64,000 nucleotides of DNA from Gammaproteobacteria bacterium. Lineage in GTDB: Bacteria; Pseudomonadota; Gammaproteobacteria; GCA-001735895. The DNA is taken from assembly GCA_050295575.1 (NCBI GenBank), contig JBNKPX010000004.1, forward strand, positions 609 to 64,608. Direction: 5' to 3'. This document shows, piece by piece, positions 26,391 to 38,676 of this stretch. The position numbers and the translations under genes are program-made. Every line of letters starts with the position of its first letter. Positions within the stretch are counted from its first letter, which is position 1. The notes beneath the pieces were generated by a model. The model was not told the DNA's origin and searched no databases. It saw only the letters and a program-made list of their open reading frames with translations.

Positions 26391-28397
26391 ATGTCAAAAC
26401 CGTTCCAACTGGTAACCAATTATCAGCCCGCGGGTGACCAGCCTCAGGCCATCGCCGGTCTGATTGAGGGGATTAATGATGGCTTGATGCATCAGACCCT
26501 GCTGGGTGTTACCGGCTCGGGTAAAACCTTTACCATGGCTAATGTGATTGCTGGTTTACAACGCCCGGCTATTATCATGGCACATAATAAAACACTTGCT
26601 GCCCAGCTCTATGGCGAGATGAAAGAGTTTTTCCCTAATAACTCGGTGCAATACTTTGTCTCCTATTACGACTATTACCAGCCAGAAGCTTATGTGGCGG
26701 CTTCGGATACCTTCATAGAAAAGGATGCATCTATAAATGAGCATATCGAGCAGATGCGTCTGTCAGCAACCAAGTCTCTGTTTGAACGTAAAGATACGGT
26801 TATTGTGGCGTCTGTGTCTGCTATCTATGGTTTAGGTGACCCTGAATCCTATCTTAAGATGTTGCTGCATGTAGTGCAGGGCGACCAGATCGATCAGCGT
26901 AGAATACTGCGCCGACTGGCTGAGCTGCAGTACACCCGTAACGATATCGAGCTCAAACGGGGTACTTACCGAGTGCGCGGAGATGTTATCGAAATTCACC
27001 CGGCTGATAGTGAGCGCGAAGCGGTGCGTATAGAGCTCTTTGATAATGAGGTCGAACAACTCAGCATGTTTGATCCCCTAACCGGGGAGATACTGGAGCG
27101 GGTTAAGCGTATTACTGTCTATCCGAAAACGCACTACGTGACCCCACGCGAAACCATTGTGGCGGCGCTGGAAGATATTAAGGTTGAATTACAGCAGCGT
27201 CTGGCGCAGCTGACCGAATTGAACAAACTAGTTGAAGCGCAACGTCTGGAGCAGCGTGTCAATTACGATATTGAGATGATGCTGGAGCTGGGTTATTGCA
27301 GTGGTATAGAAAACTACTCACGCTATCTATCGGGCAGGCAACCTGGTGAACCACCACCGACATTATTTGATTACCTGCCTAAAGACTGTCTGTTATTTAT
27401 CGATGAAAGCCATGTCAGTGTGCCGCAGATTGGTGGCATGTATAAAGGTGATCGTTCGCGTAAGGAAACGCTGGTTGAGTATGGGTTTCGGCTTCCATCT
27501 GCGCTGGATAATCGTCCCCTGCGTTTTGAGGAATTTGAGCGGCTTTCTCCGCAGACGATATTTGTTTCTGCCACGCCCGGAAAATATGAAGATGAGAATG
27601 CTGCTGCTGTGATCGAGCAGGTGGTGCGCCCGACCGGACTGGTTGATCCCGTTATTGAGATTAAACCGGCCACCTCTCAGGTTGATGATCTGCTTTCAGA
27701 AATCAATGCCCGGGTTAATTTATCTGAGCGGGTGCTGGTTACTACGCTAACCAAGCGTATGGCTGAGGATTTGACCGACTATCTGATGGAGCATGGGATT
27801 AAGGTTCGTTATCTGCATTCGGATATAGATACGGTAGAGCGCATGGAAATCATTCGTGATTTACGTCTGGGTGAATTCGACGTACTGGTTGGCATCAATC
27901 TGCTGCGTGAAGGGCTGGACATGCCCGAGGTTTCACTGGTGGCCATACTGGACGCTGATAAGGAAGGTTTTTTGAGATCAGACCGAGCCTTGATACAGAC
28001 TATAGGTAGAGCAGCAAGAAACCTTAGCGGTAAAGCGATACTTTATGCAGACCGAATAACGGGTTCCATGCAGCGAGCAATCGATGAAACTCAAAGACGT
28101 CGAGACAAGCAGTTAGCCTTTAATAAGGAACATAATATTACACCTGTAGGCATCAGTAAGCAGATAACCGATGTGATGGATATGGGGCAGGGACGGGCTA
28201 CGCAGGGACTTCGTAAAATTGCTGAAGCTGAAGGCCTGTATCACCATAAAATGTCACCGGCAGAGTTGAAAAAGCGTCTGTCCGATATGGAAAAGAAGAT
28301 GTATGAACATGCTAACAACCTGGAGTTTGAACAGGCTGCACAGCTTAGGGATGAGATGGAAACACTGAAAAATAAATATTATATAGCTGAGGCTTAA
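26391..28397 (+). CDS. uvrB: Excinuclease ABC subunit B
   Basis: GVTGSGKTF Walker [11 protein letters not shown], and the C-terminal UVR motif [11 protein letters not shown]. Confidence 0.97.
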   Translation: MSKPFQLVTNYQPAGDQPQAIAGLIEGINDGLMHQTLLGVTGSGKTFTMANVIAGLQRPAIIMAHNKTLAAQLYGEMKEFFPNNSVQYFVSYYDYYQPEAYVAASDTFIEKDASINEHIEQMRLSATKSLFERKDTVIVASVSAIYGLGDPESYLKMLLHVVQGDQIDQRRILRRLAELQYTRNDIELKRGTYRVRGDVIEIHPADSEREAVRIELFDNEVEQLSMFDPLTGEILERVKRITVYPKTHYVTPRETIVAALEDIKVELQQRLAQLTELNKLVEAQRLEQRVNYDIEMMLELGYCSGIENYSRYLSGRQPGEPPPTLFDYLPKDCLLFIDESHVSVPQIGGMYKGDRSRKETLVEYGFRLPSALDNRPLRFEEFERLSPQTIFVSATPGKYEDENAAAVIEQVVRPTGLVDPVIEIKPATSQVDDLLSEINARVNLSERVLVTTLTKRMAEDLTDYLMEHGIKVRYLHSDIDTVERMEIIRDLRLGEFDVLVGINLLREGLDMPEVSLVAILDADKEGFLRSDRALIQTIGRAARNLSGKAILYADRITGSMQRAIDETQRRRDKQLAFNKEHNITPVGISKQITDVMDMGQGRATQGLRKIAEAEGLYHHKMSPAELKKRLSDMEKKMYEHANNLEFEQAAQLRDEMETLKNKYYIAEA

Positions 28398-28674
28398 GTC
28401 TCTATGTTGACAGTTTAGTACCGATTTAATGGCTGCTAAAGTTGCTCTATATCAATTCTTTACCCTATAACCCCTCAGCGAATAAAAAAGTTTCCATATT
28501 TCACATACTTATAAGAAGGGTAAAGATAGATTAAATAAAATAAATGGATTAGTATTCCTGTGGTTAAATTAAGAAATCTCTGCATATTTTGATATGAATT
28601 GATTACATGTATGGATTTATGCAAAGGTTTTTTGAGGAAACCGATAATCAAAAATTAAAAAATAATCAATTTAG

Positions 28675-29955
<1,281 letters not shown>

Positions 29956-29974
29956 CACCCTACGATAGTAATTT

Positions 29975-30000
29975 AAAACCCCATTCGTGGGGTTTTTTTT
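29975..30000 (+). terminator. Rho-independent terminator after sqr
   Basis: AAAACCCCA-TTCG-TGGGGTTTT stem-loop ending in a T8 run. Confidence 0.85.
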
Positions 30001-30072
30001 ACTCGAGATATTTAAGTTGTCATTTGAAGCAGTTTGCTTCATTATTTGTAAAAGCTTTTGCTGTGATAAGGC

Positions 30073-30101
30073 TTGACAACAGGCGATTTTTAACTTTCAA
30101 T
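30073..30101 (+). promoter_or_regulatory. Candidate sigma70 promoter for the small PEP-CTERM gene
   Basis: TTGACA, a 17-nt spacer, then TTCAAT, about 65 nt upstream of the ATG at 30167. Confidence 0.35.
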
Positions 30102-30166
30102 GTTCTGGTTGCTATCCAGGTGCCTTCTGGATTGGATTTATCAATACAATATAACGGATTAACATT

Positions 30167-30379
30167 ATGAATAGATTATATACATCACTGTGCATTTTCC
30201 TTATCGGGCTCCAGAATTCGGCCTTTGCTTCTTCAGATTTACCTGGTGGCTCCTGTGGGATGCCAGGTGCCCCAGCGTGCCCCCCATCAACTCCGGTTCC
30301 AGAACCATCTATGCTTTGGCTCATGATTGCCGGTATTGCCAGTCTTGGTGTGGTGCGTTATTTAAAAAGCAGAAGGTGA
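30167..30379 (+). CDS. Very small (70 aa) PEP-CTERM sorting-signal protein
   Basis: Signal peptide ending AFA-SS and a short Pro/Cys-rich core. The C-terminal VPEPSMLWLMIAGIASLGVVRYLKSRR has the PEP motif, a TM helix and a basic tail. Confidence 0.7.
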   Translation: MNRLYTSLCIFLIGLQNSAFASSDLPGGSCGMPGAPACPPSTPVPEPSMLWLMIAGIASLGVVRYLKSRR

Positions 30380-30406
30380 CTGGTTGTTTTGTGTATTAGT
30401 CAGGTG

Positions 30407-30514
30407 CCCTTATACGAAAAATATCCTGAAGATAGTGGGTATAGATAAGCTGTATGATTAATACCTGCTGCAGGTAATTTAAAAAAGCCCCTTTTACGGG
30501 GCTTTTTTTATTTT
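30407..30514 (+). pseudogene. Decayed duplicate of the sqr 3' end plus its terminator
   Basis: cccttatacgaaaaatatcctgaagatagtgggtatagataagctgtatgattaa...aagcccc-ttttac-ggggcttttttt aligns with 29899-30000. It differs by point changes and a 2-nt deletion that breaks the reading frame. Confidence 0.75.
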
Positions 30515-30578
30515 CGATTTCATGCACTTGGTGATTGATTATTTACTTGTCTGATGTAGAATACCCGACCTGATTTAC

Positions 30579-30655
30579 AGGCGCGTAGCTCAGTTGGTTA
30601 GAGCACCACCTTGACATGGTGGGGGTCGGTGGTTCGAATCCACTCGCGCCTACCA
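30579..30655 (+). tRNA. tRNA-Val (GAC)
   Basis: Hand-folded: acceptor AGGCGCG/CGCGCCT, D arm GCTC-AGTTGGTTA-GAGC, anticodon loop TTGACAT, T arm GGTGG-TTCGAAT-CCACT, encoded ACCA. Confidence 0.95.
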
Positions 30656-30656
30656 A

Positions 30657-30787
30657 ATTATATTTTTGGTAGGAAGAGTTGGTGAGAACTTGTTCGACAA
30701 ATTTGCCGGGAGCAGATTTGATCGCACGCAGTGCGCCCCGAAGGGGTGAGGGCATGGAGCCCGAAATAATCCACTCGCGCCTACCAA
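30657..30787 (+). other. Structured element flanked by a 20-bp repeat of the tRNA-Val 3' end (candidate ncRNA or miniature integrative element)
   Basis: aatccactcgcgcctaccaa occurs at 30637-30656 and again at 30768-30787. Four consecutive hairpins lie between them (30698-30720, 30723-30735, 36-46, 50-62 of the 307xx block). They are homologous to the element at tRNA-Pro. Confidence 0.5.
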
Positions 30788-30880
30788 TATATTTGGTAGT
30801 ACTTCCCCGATTTTAATTTAATTGTTTTTTTTGATTAACACGTGGCCTTTGGTAGGGGTCACCACTGAAACAGGATCAAT

Positions 30881-32794
30881 ATGCCTCAAGTTACACTTCC
30901 CGATGGTTCTATACGCTCATTCGATCAAGCGGTATCAATAATTGATATAGCTAGCGATATTGGCCCCGGCCTGGCTAAAGCCACATTGGCTGGAAAGGTT
31001 AATGGTCAACTGGTCGATGCTTCTTTCATTGTTAATGATGATGCTGAGATTTCAATTATTACCAGCCGTGATGAAGAAGCGCTGGAATTAATGCGGCATG
31101 ATGCAGCTCATGTCATGGCTCAGGCCGTTCAGGAGTTATTCCCAGGAACCCAGGTTACTATTGGGCCAGCGATTGAGGATGGCTTCTATTACGATTTTTA
31201 TCGTGATGAGGCGTTTACGCCAGATGATTTAATCCTGATCGAACAGCGTATGCATGAGATCGTCAAACGAGACCTCCCTATTGTGCGAGAAGTCATAGAT
31301 CGGGGTCAGGCGGTTACTACCTTTGCTGAGCTGGGCGAAGACTACAAGGTCGAGATTATTAAAGACATTATCCCGGAAGGCGAAGAGGTATCTATCTATC
31401 GTCAGGGTGACTGGTTTGATGTTTGCCGAGGGCCTCATTTACCCTCTACTGGTAAACTAGGGCAGGGCTTTAAATTGATGAAGCTTGCGGGTGCTTACTG
31501 GCGGGGTGATTCAAACAATGTAATGCTGCAACGTATCTACGGAACAGCCTGGAGCGATAAAAAACAGTTAAAGGCTTACCTGCATCGTCTGGAAGAGGCT
31601 GAAAAGCGTGATCATAGGCGTATAGGTAAGAAGCTTGACCTGTTTCATATACAGGAAGAAGCGCCGGGCGAGGTTTTCTGGCATGAAAAAGGCTGGTCTA
31701 TCTATCAGGCTGTTCAGCAATATATGCGTAAGAAACAGTTGCAGTACGGTTATAAAGAGATCAATACACCCCAGCTAGTGGATTTTTCTTTGTGGGAAAA
31801 ATCAGGCCATGCAGCGAAGTTCAGTGCAGACATGTTTACCCTGGAGTCTGAAGAGAGACAGTTTGCTATCAAACCTATGAATTGTCCCTGCCATATTCAG
31901 GTTTTTAATCAGGGCTTGAAAAGCTACCGAGATTTACCTTTAAGACTTGCTGAATTCGGTTCCTGCCATCGCAATGAAATGTCTGGAGCATTACATGGGC
32001 TGATGCGTGTAAGGGCGTTTGTTCAGGATGATGCACATATCTTCTGTACTGAGGAGCAGATTCAATCCGAAGTAGCTGATTTCATTGACTTCCTGCACGT
32101 GGTTTATAAGGACTTTGGTTTCAATGAAGTGATCTATAGATTGTCCACCCGCCCTGAAAACCGCGTAGGTAGTGACGAAGTCTGGGATAAAGCAGAAAAA
32201 GCTCTGGCCGAAGCAATGGATGCCAAGCAACTGGATTGGGACGAGTTACCTGGAGAAGGTGCTTTTTATGGGCCTAAAATTGAATTTACCCTGAAAGATT
32301 GTATAGGACGCGAGTGGCAATGTGGTACGATTCAGGTCGACTTTTCTATGCCGGGTCGTCTGAATGCACAATATGTGGATGAAGATGGTTCGCGCCAAAC
32401 TCCTGTTATGCTGCATCGCGCTATTTTGGGGTCGTTTGAGCGCTTTATTGGAATTCTGATCGAGCAACATGAAGGTAAAATGCCGCTGTGGTTGTCACCG
32501 GTACAGGCTGTGTTGATGAATATCACCGATAAACAGGCTCCTTATGTGCAAGATGTTGAAAAAAGTCTTAAAAATCAGGGTTTCAGAGTGATTTCTGACT
32601 TGAGAAACGAGAAGATCGGTTTTAAAATTCGCGAGCATACAATGCAGCGCGTTCCTTACCTCCTTGTGGTTGGTGACAGGGAGATGGAGCAGGGTGAGGT
32701 TGCTGTGCGTAGTTTGTCTGGTGAAGATCTGGGAAGCATGAAAATAGATGCTTTTATATCCAGGGTTCAGACCCAGATGCAAAACTACGAATAG
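30881..32794 (+). CDS. thrS: Threonine--tRNA ligase
   Basis: N-terminal TGS domain ([10 protein letters not shown]), the editing-domain motif [11 protein letters not shown], and the class II core. Confidence 0.97.
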   Translation: MPQVTLPDGSIRSFDQAVSIIDIASDIGPGLAKATLAGKVNGQLVDASFIVNDDAEISIITSRDEEALELMRHDAAHVMAQAVQELFPGTQVTIGPAIEDGFYYDFYRDEAFTPDDLILIEQRMHEIVKRDLPIVREVIDRGQAVTTFAELGEDYKVEIIKDIIPEGEEVSIYRQGDWFDVCRGPHLPSTGKLGQGFKLMKLAGAYWRGDSNNVMLQRIYGTAWSDKKQLKAYLHRLEEAEKRDHRRIGKKLDLFHIQEEAPGEVFWHEKGWSIYQAVQQYMRKKQLQYGYKEINTPQLVDFSLWEKSGHAAKFSADMFTLESEERQFAIKPMNCPCHIQVFNQGLKSYRDLPLRLAEFGSCHRNEMSGALHGLMRVRAFVQDDAHIFCTEEQIQSEVADFIDFLHVVYKDFGFNEVIYRLSTRPENRVGSDEVWDKAEKALAEAMDAKQLDWDELPGEGAFYGPKIEFTLKDCIGREWQCGTIQVDFSMPGRLNAQYVDEDGSRQTPVMLHRAILGSFERFIGILIEQHEGKMPLWLSPVQAVLMNITDKQAPYVQDVEKSLKNQGFRVISDLRNEKIGFKIREHTMQRVPYLLVVGDREMEQGEVAVRSLSGEDLGSMKIDAFISRVQTQMQNYE

Positions 32795-32813
32795 CTTTTC
32801 AGTTTTATGAACA

Positions 32814-33350
32814 ATTGCGAGGAATAATCCAATCGCTGATGATAAACAAAGTCGTTTAAATGACGAGATTACAGTTCCTGAAGTTAGATTAATCGACCAG
32901 GATGGTGAACAGAAAGGTATTGTTACAATACAGGAAGCCTTACAGGCAGCGGCTGATGCCGAGCTAGATCTGGTAGAAATTGTACCTAATAGTAAGCCTC
33001 CAGTATGTCGCCTGATGGATTTTGGAAAGTTCAGGTTTCAGCAAAAGAAAAAATTGCATGACCAGCGCAAAAAACAGCGCCAGATACAGATAAAGGAAAT
33101 TAAATTCCGTCCTGGTACTGAGCTGGGTGACTATCAGGTTAAGTTGAGAAAATTGACCGAATTCATAGAGGCAGGAGATCGAGCCAAGGTGACAGTACGT
33201 TTCCGAGGACGAGAAATGGCTCATATGGAGTTGGGAAGAAAATTACTCAAGCGTATCGAAGAAGATATGAATGAGGTAGCGACAGTGGATCAATATCCGC
33301 AGTCGGAAGGTCGCCAGATGACGATGTTACTGGTACCTAAAAAGAAATAA
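32814..33350 (+). CDS. infC: Translation initiation factor IF-3 (non-AUG start)
   Basis: The frame is open from 32811 after a [40 protein letters not shown]...[13 protein letters not shown] matches IF-3 well upstream of the track's ATG at 33015. Candidate starts are the ATT at 32814 or the ATC at 32832, which follows GAGGA. Confidence 0.88.
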   Translation: MARNNPIADDKQSRLNDEITVPEVRLIDQDGEQKGIVTIQEALQAAADAELDLVEIVPNSKPPVCRLMDFGKFRFQQKKKLHDQRKKQRQIQIKEIKFRPGTELGDYQVKLRKLTEFIEAGDRAKVTVRFRGREMAHMELGRKLLKRIEEDMNEVATVDQYPQSEGRQMTMLLVPKKK

Positions 33351-33467
33351 TCAGCATTACTGCTTTTGCAGTAATCGGTTATACAGTCGAAAGGCTGGAA
33401 GTTTACCCGAACACGCAGACTCCGGCGTGCAGGGTTTTTATTAATATTTATCGAACGGGAGTTTGAA

Positions 33468-33665
33468 ATGCCTAAAATCAAATCGAGTCGAGGCGCTGCC
33501 AAGCGCTTCAAACGTAATGCGGCAGGTAACTATAAACGTGGCCAGTCTCATTTACGTCATATCCTCACCAAAAAGAGCAGTAAGCGTAAACGCCATCTGG
33601 GCGATATGCTTGAAGTTAATGCTAATGATGTACGTCAGGTACGTCGTCTTTTACCCTATTCATAG
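33468..33665 (+). CDS. rpmI: 50S ribosomal protein L35
   Basis: [15 protein letters not shown] is the canonical L35 sequence. Confidence 0.95.
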   Translation: MPKIKSSRGAAKRFKRNAAGNYKRGQSHLRHILTKKSSKRKRHLGDMLEVNANDVRQVRRLLPYS

Positions 33666-33676
33666 GAAGGTGAGAA

Positions 33677-34042
33677 ATGCCTAGAGTTAAACGCGGTGTA
33701 ACCGCACACGCACGTCATAAAAAAATACTGGATAAAGCTAAAGGTTATCGTGGTGCACGCAGTAAGGTGTTCCGGGTAGCCAAACAGGCCGTCACAAAAG
33801 CAGGTCAATATGCATACCGTGACCGTAAGCAGAGAAAACGTCAGTTTCGTGCCTTATGGATTGCACGTATTAATGCTGCTGCACGTGAAAATGGTATGTC
33901 TTATAGCGTATTCATGAATGGTCTGAAAAAAGCTGCAATTGAAGTTGATCGCAAGGTTCTTGCTGACATCGCAGTTTTTGATAAGCCAGCCTTTACAGTC
34001 CTGGTTGAAAAAGCCAAGGCTGGTCTACAAGCTACAGCTTAA
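33677..34042 (+). CDS. rplT: 50S ribosomal protein L20
   Basis: [18 protein letters not shown] is the canonical L20 sequence. Confidence 0.97.
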   Translation: MPRVKRGVTAHARHKKILDKAKGYRGARSKVFRVAKQAVTKAGQYAYRDRKQRKRQFRALWIARINAAARENGMSYSVFMNGLKKAAIEVDRKVLADIAVFDKPAFTVLVEKAKAGLQATA

Positions 34043-35116
<1,074 letters not shown>

Positions 35117-35131
35117 TATCCGGTTGTTAAC

Positions 35132-37501
35132 ATGAAAATAAGTGAAAATTGGCTGAGAGAATGGGCTAATCCCGAATTGACCAGTGCACAACTGGTTGCT
35201 CAATTGACTATGGCCGGTCTGGAAGTGGATTCAGTGGAGGCAGCATCTCCAGCCCTTGATAAAGTGGTTGTTGCTGAAGTCCTAAGCTGTACTCAACATC
35301 CTGATGCAGATCGTTTAAACCTTTGTACAGTGAATGACGGTACAGGGGAACCTGTGCAGGTTGTATGCGGTGCGAAAAATGTTAAGCAGGGATTGAAGGT
35401 AGTATTTGCACAGGTGGGTGCTGAACTACCGGGTTTTAAGATCAAGAAAGCTAAACTCCGTGGTGTCGAATCCAATGGCATGATTTGTTCTGAATCTGAA
35501 TTGAAGATGGCTGAATCATCTGACGGAATTCTGGTGCTGCCTGAGGATGCGCCTGTCGGCACTCCTATAGTCAATTACCTGGAGCTTGATGATACACTGA
35601 TCGAAATCGATCTTACGCCTAATCGAGGTGATTGTTTAAGTATTGCTGGTATTGCCAGGGAAGTAGTGGCAAATAATGGTGTACCGATTACGCCTCCAGA
35701 AGAGCATAAGTTAGCCGATACTATTCAGGATGCTTTCTCAGTCGAACTGATCAATGCTGAAGCCTGTCCTCATTATGCTGGGCGAATAATCCGTGGCGTA
35801 AAAGCTGATGCCGAATCACCTTTATGGATGAAAGAAAAACTCAGACGCTGTGGATTACGTTCTATCAGTCCGGTGGTTGATGTTACCAATTACGTGATGA
35901 TGGAGCTTGGTCAGCCGATGCATGGCTTTGACCTTAATAAGCTCAGTGGCGGTATTCGAGTGCGAAATGCTCATTCAGGCGAAAAAATTGAATTACTTGA
36001 TGGCACAGAGGTTGAGTGTCGAGATGATACTCTGGTCATAGCAGACCATGAAAAAGCCCTTGCCCTGGCTGGGATCATGGGTGGCCAGGACTCATCTGTT
36101 CAAGATGATACTACTGATGTTTTGCTTGAAGCAGCCTTTTTTACTCCCCGGCATATTGCAGGGAAGGCTCGTAGCTATGGCTTACATACTGATTCATCAC
36201 ACCGTTTTGAGCGTGGAGTCGATCCTGAACTACAGGTGAGAGCAATCCATCGTGCGAGTGAACTGTTAATCGATATCGTTGGTGGAGAGGCTGGACCTGT
36301 TTTCGAACAAACAGTAACTGAACATTTACCAGTAACACCTGAGATTTTATTACGGCATGCACGCATTGAACGTCTACTGGGCATAAAGGTTAGTCATCAA
36401 CAGGTTGAGAAAATACTCAAAGATCTGGATATTGAGTCTATTCAGCAGGCTGATGACTGGCTCGTAAAAGCGCCAAGCTATCGCTTTGATATTAATATCG
36501 AAGCTGACCTGATAGAGGAAATAGGTCGCATAATCGGTTATGACAACATACCTGGCACTCAGGAAGCTGTGCACGCGAGAATGAGTTCTTTCTCTGAATC
36601 CAGAGTCGGTGTTGATCGGATGCGCAATTTACTGGTTGATCGAGGCTATTACGAAGCAATTACCTATTCATTTGTTTCTCCGGAAATTCAGGAAATCCTG
36701 CATCCAGGACAGAAAACGCTTTCACTCAGTAACCCAATCTCTTCAGATATGTCTGAAATGCGTACTCAACTGTTACCGGGCCTTATTCAGGTGGCCAGAC
36801 ATAATCTTAACAGGCAGCAATCACGCATTAGGCTGTTTGAGACAGGTTTGTGCTTTATACCAGAGGGTGATGAGCTGATTCAAAAGTCTCATATCTCTGC
36901 TGTCATATCTGGTAGTAGTCAGGCTGAATGCTGGACAGGCGAAAATAAATCGGTCGATTTTTATGATATTAAAGGTGATTTGCAGTCTCTGATGCAAATG
37001 GCCAATGCACAGGATTTTGAGTTTAGGAAAACTCAAAATCCAATCATGCATCCTGGGCAGGCGGCGGATATCTATTTTCAGGATGAGCTGGTTGGATTTG
37101 TAGGAGCCTTGCATCCGACTGTATTGAAAGCTCTTGATATCGATCAAAAACTATTTGTGTTTGAAATTGAATTAGACGTCCTGCAGTCTCGTCATATCAC
37201 TGAGTTCCAGGGGTTATCTAAATTCCCTTCTATCAGGCGTGATTTAGCGTTAATGGTAGCTGAAGATGTGCCCGTTCAGGCGATGATCGATAGCGTAAAT
37301 TCTCTAAAGTCCAAAATAATTCAGGACGTTTTTGTATTTGATGTCTATACTGGTAAAGAACTTATAAATTTTCGAAAAAGTGTCGCTTTAGGCTTGATTT
37401 TACAGGACTTTTCCCGCACTCTAACGGATCAGGAAGTCGAGAAAACGGTATCGGATGTTCTGCAGATACTAGAAAAACAACAAAATGCTGTCTTGAGGTA
37501 A
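35132..37501 (+). CDS. pheT: Phenylalanine--tRNA ligase beta subunit
   Basis: MKISENWLREW, a tRNA-binding domain, the B3/4 and B5 domains, and 789 aa. Confidence 0.97.
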   Translation: MKISENWLREWANPELTSAQLVAQLTMAGLEVDSVEAASPALDKVVVAEVLSCTQHPDADRLNLCTVNDGTGEPVQVVCGAKNVKQGLKVVFAQVGAELPGFKIKKAKLRGVESNGMICSESELKMAESSDGILVLPEDAPVGTPIVNYLELDDTLIEIDLTPNRGDCLSIAGIAREVVANNGVPITPPEEHKLADTIQDAFSVELINAEACPHYAGRIIRGVKADAESPLWMKEKLRRCGLRSISPVVDVTNYVMMELGQPMHGFDLNKLSGGIRVRNAHSGEKIELLDGTEVECRDDTLVIADHEKALALAGIMGGQDSSVQDDTTDVLLEAAFFTPRHIAGKARSYGLHTDSSHRFERGVDPELQVRAIHRASELLIDIVGGEAGPVFEQTVTEHLPVTPEILLRHARIERLLGIKVSHQQVEKILKDLDIESIQQADDWLVKAPSYRFDINIEADLIEEIGRIIGYDNIPGTQEAVHARMSSFSESRVGVDRMRNLLVDRGYYEAITYSFVSPEIQEILHPGQKTLSLSNPISSDMSEMRTQLLPGLIQVARHNLNRQQSRIRLFETGLCFIPEGDELIQKSHISAVISGSSQAECWTGENKSVDFYDIKGDLQSLMQMANAQDFEFRKTQNPIMHPGQAADIYFQDELVGFVGALHPTVLKALDIDQKLFVFEIELDVLQSRHITEFQGLSKFPSIRRDLALMVAEDVPVQAMIDSVNSLKSKIIQDVFVFDVYTGKELINFRKSVALGLILQDFSRTLTDQEVEKTVSDVLQILEKQQNAVLR

Positions 37502-37508
37502 ATAATTA

Positions 37509-37805
37509 ATGTCTTTGACCAAAGCTGATATGGCCGAAATGCTGTTTGATGAGCTTGGTCTCAATAAACGCGAAGCCAAAGAGATCGTAGAGCATTTTTT
37601 CGAAGAAGTTAAAGTGGCACTGGAGACCGGGCATCAGGTCAAGCTTTCAGGGTTTGGAAATTTTTTAACTCGATCAAAAGCTGAACGACCAGGACGTAAC
37701 CCAAAAACAGGGGAAGAGATTCCAATCTCAGCCCGTAAAGTCGTCACTTTTAGACCTGGACAAAAGTTAAAAATTAGAGTTGAGGCATATGCTGGAAGCG
37801 AGTAA
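37509..37805 (+). CDS. ihfA: Integration host factor alpha subunit
   Basis: LTKADMAE...GFGNF...[12 protein letters not shown]. Confidence 0.95.
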   Translation: MSLTKADMAEMLFDELGLNKREAKEIVEHFFEEVKVALETGHQVKLSGFGNFLTRSKAERPGRNPKTGEEIPISARKVVTFRPGQKLKIRVEAYAGSE

Positions 37806-38145
37806 CAATAACGAATTACCAGTTATCCCTGGTAAACGTTACTTCACCATTGGTGAGGTCGCTGAATTATGTGATGTGAAGCCACATGTTCTTCGTTATT
37901 GGGAGCAGGAGTTTCCACAGCTGAAGCCTGTAAAACGTCGCGGTAATCGACGTTATTATCAACGCCATGATGTTTTGCTGATTCGTCAGATACGTTCTTT
38001 ATTGTACGATGAAGGATTTACTATAGGCGGAGCAAGACAAAGACTTGAAGGTGTTGATGCAAAAGAAGATAATAACCAGAGTCAGCAAATCATCAAGCAA
38101 ACTCTGATTGAACTGGAAGAATTACTCCACATTCTAAAGCGGTAG
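37789..38145 (+). CDS. MerR-family transcriptional regulator
   Basis: The HTH motif [25 protein letters not shown]. The ATG at 37789 overlaps the ihfA 3' end. Confidence 0.8.
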   Translation: MLEASNNNELPVIPGKRYFTIGEVAELCDVKPHVLRYWEQEFPQLKPVKRRGNRRYYQRHDVLLIRQIRSLLYDEGFTIGGARQRLEGVDAKEDNNQSQQIIKQTLIELEELLHILKR

Positions 38146-38170
38146 TTCGATCAATTCACAATTATTTATT

Positions 38171-38247
<77 letters not shown>

Positions 38248-38250
38248 TTT

Positions 38251-38417
38251 TTAAACTCTCGTTATTGTAGAAGTCTCGTTGTAGATCGAAGCATAGGCGA
38301 GAGGTTTTGAACCGATAGAGGTTCATAAAATCGCCGGGAGCGATTTTAAACAGCCACAGGCTGGCCCGAAGGGCGGAGGGCAGGAGCCCGCAGTAAATCC
38401 TCTCGCCCCGACCATTT
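38251..38417 (+). other. Structured element flanked by a 23-bp repeat of the tRNA-Pro 3' end (homologue of the tRNA-Val element)
   Basis: aaatcctctcgccccgaccattt occurs at 38228-38250 and at 38395-38417. Hairpins lie at 38309-38324, 38327-38347, 38351-38363, 38364-38374 and 38378-38389. Confidence 0.5.
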
Positions 38418-38676
38418 AAAACCGGCTTAGAAGAAGGAACTTCTAAACTGCTGGTCTGCATTAAGAATGGTTATAGATGTTATTCTGCTTTTTATTTAAC
38501 ATAATTCTTATTAGCATTACCTGCCTAAGCATATTGATAATCAATCATGATAAGACTTTTAGGTTTTAGTCCGGGCTTCAAGGGCATTTATAGGGTTAAA
38601 AACGAGGGTTAAGGGTGCTTCCTGAAATCATCTACAACAAATACCAGTCCTTTATTAGCCATTCAATAGAATAACT

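Noticed and set aside
30543-30755. 70-aa and 99-aa minus-strand ORFs (30543-30755 and 38162-38461) that share conserved peptide stretches.
   Set aside because: They run antisense through tRNA-Val and tRNA-Pro and the conserved hairpin elements. The apparent peptide similarity is just the translated nucleotide conservation of the tRNAs and elements.
30657-30787. Hammerhead or other known self-cleaving ribozyme, group II intron domain V, or integron attC as the identity of the tRNA-linked elements.
   Set aside because: There is no CUGAUGA...GAAA hammerhead core conserved between the two copies. There is no 34-nt domain V hairpin with an AGC triad. There are no RYYYAAC/GTTRRRY attC ends. I could not match remembered twister, pistol or HDV cores with any confidence. 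Identity is left open pending a covariance-model search.
33351-33467. L20-responsive translational operator upstream of rpmI.
   Set aside because: Two hairpins are visible (attactgc-tttt-gcagtaat at 33356-33375 and cacgc...gcgtg near 33412-33429). I cannot demonstrate the long-range pseudoknot known from E. coli, so this is not claimed as a feature.
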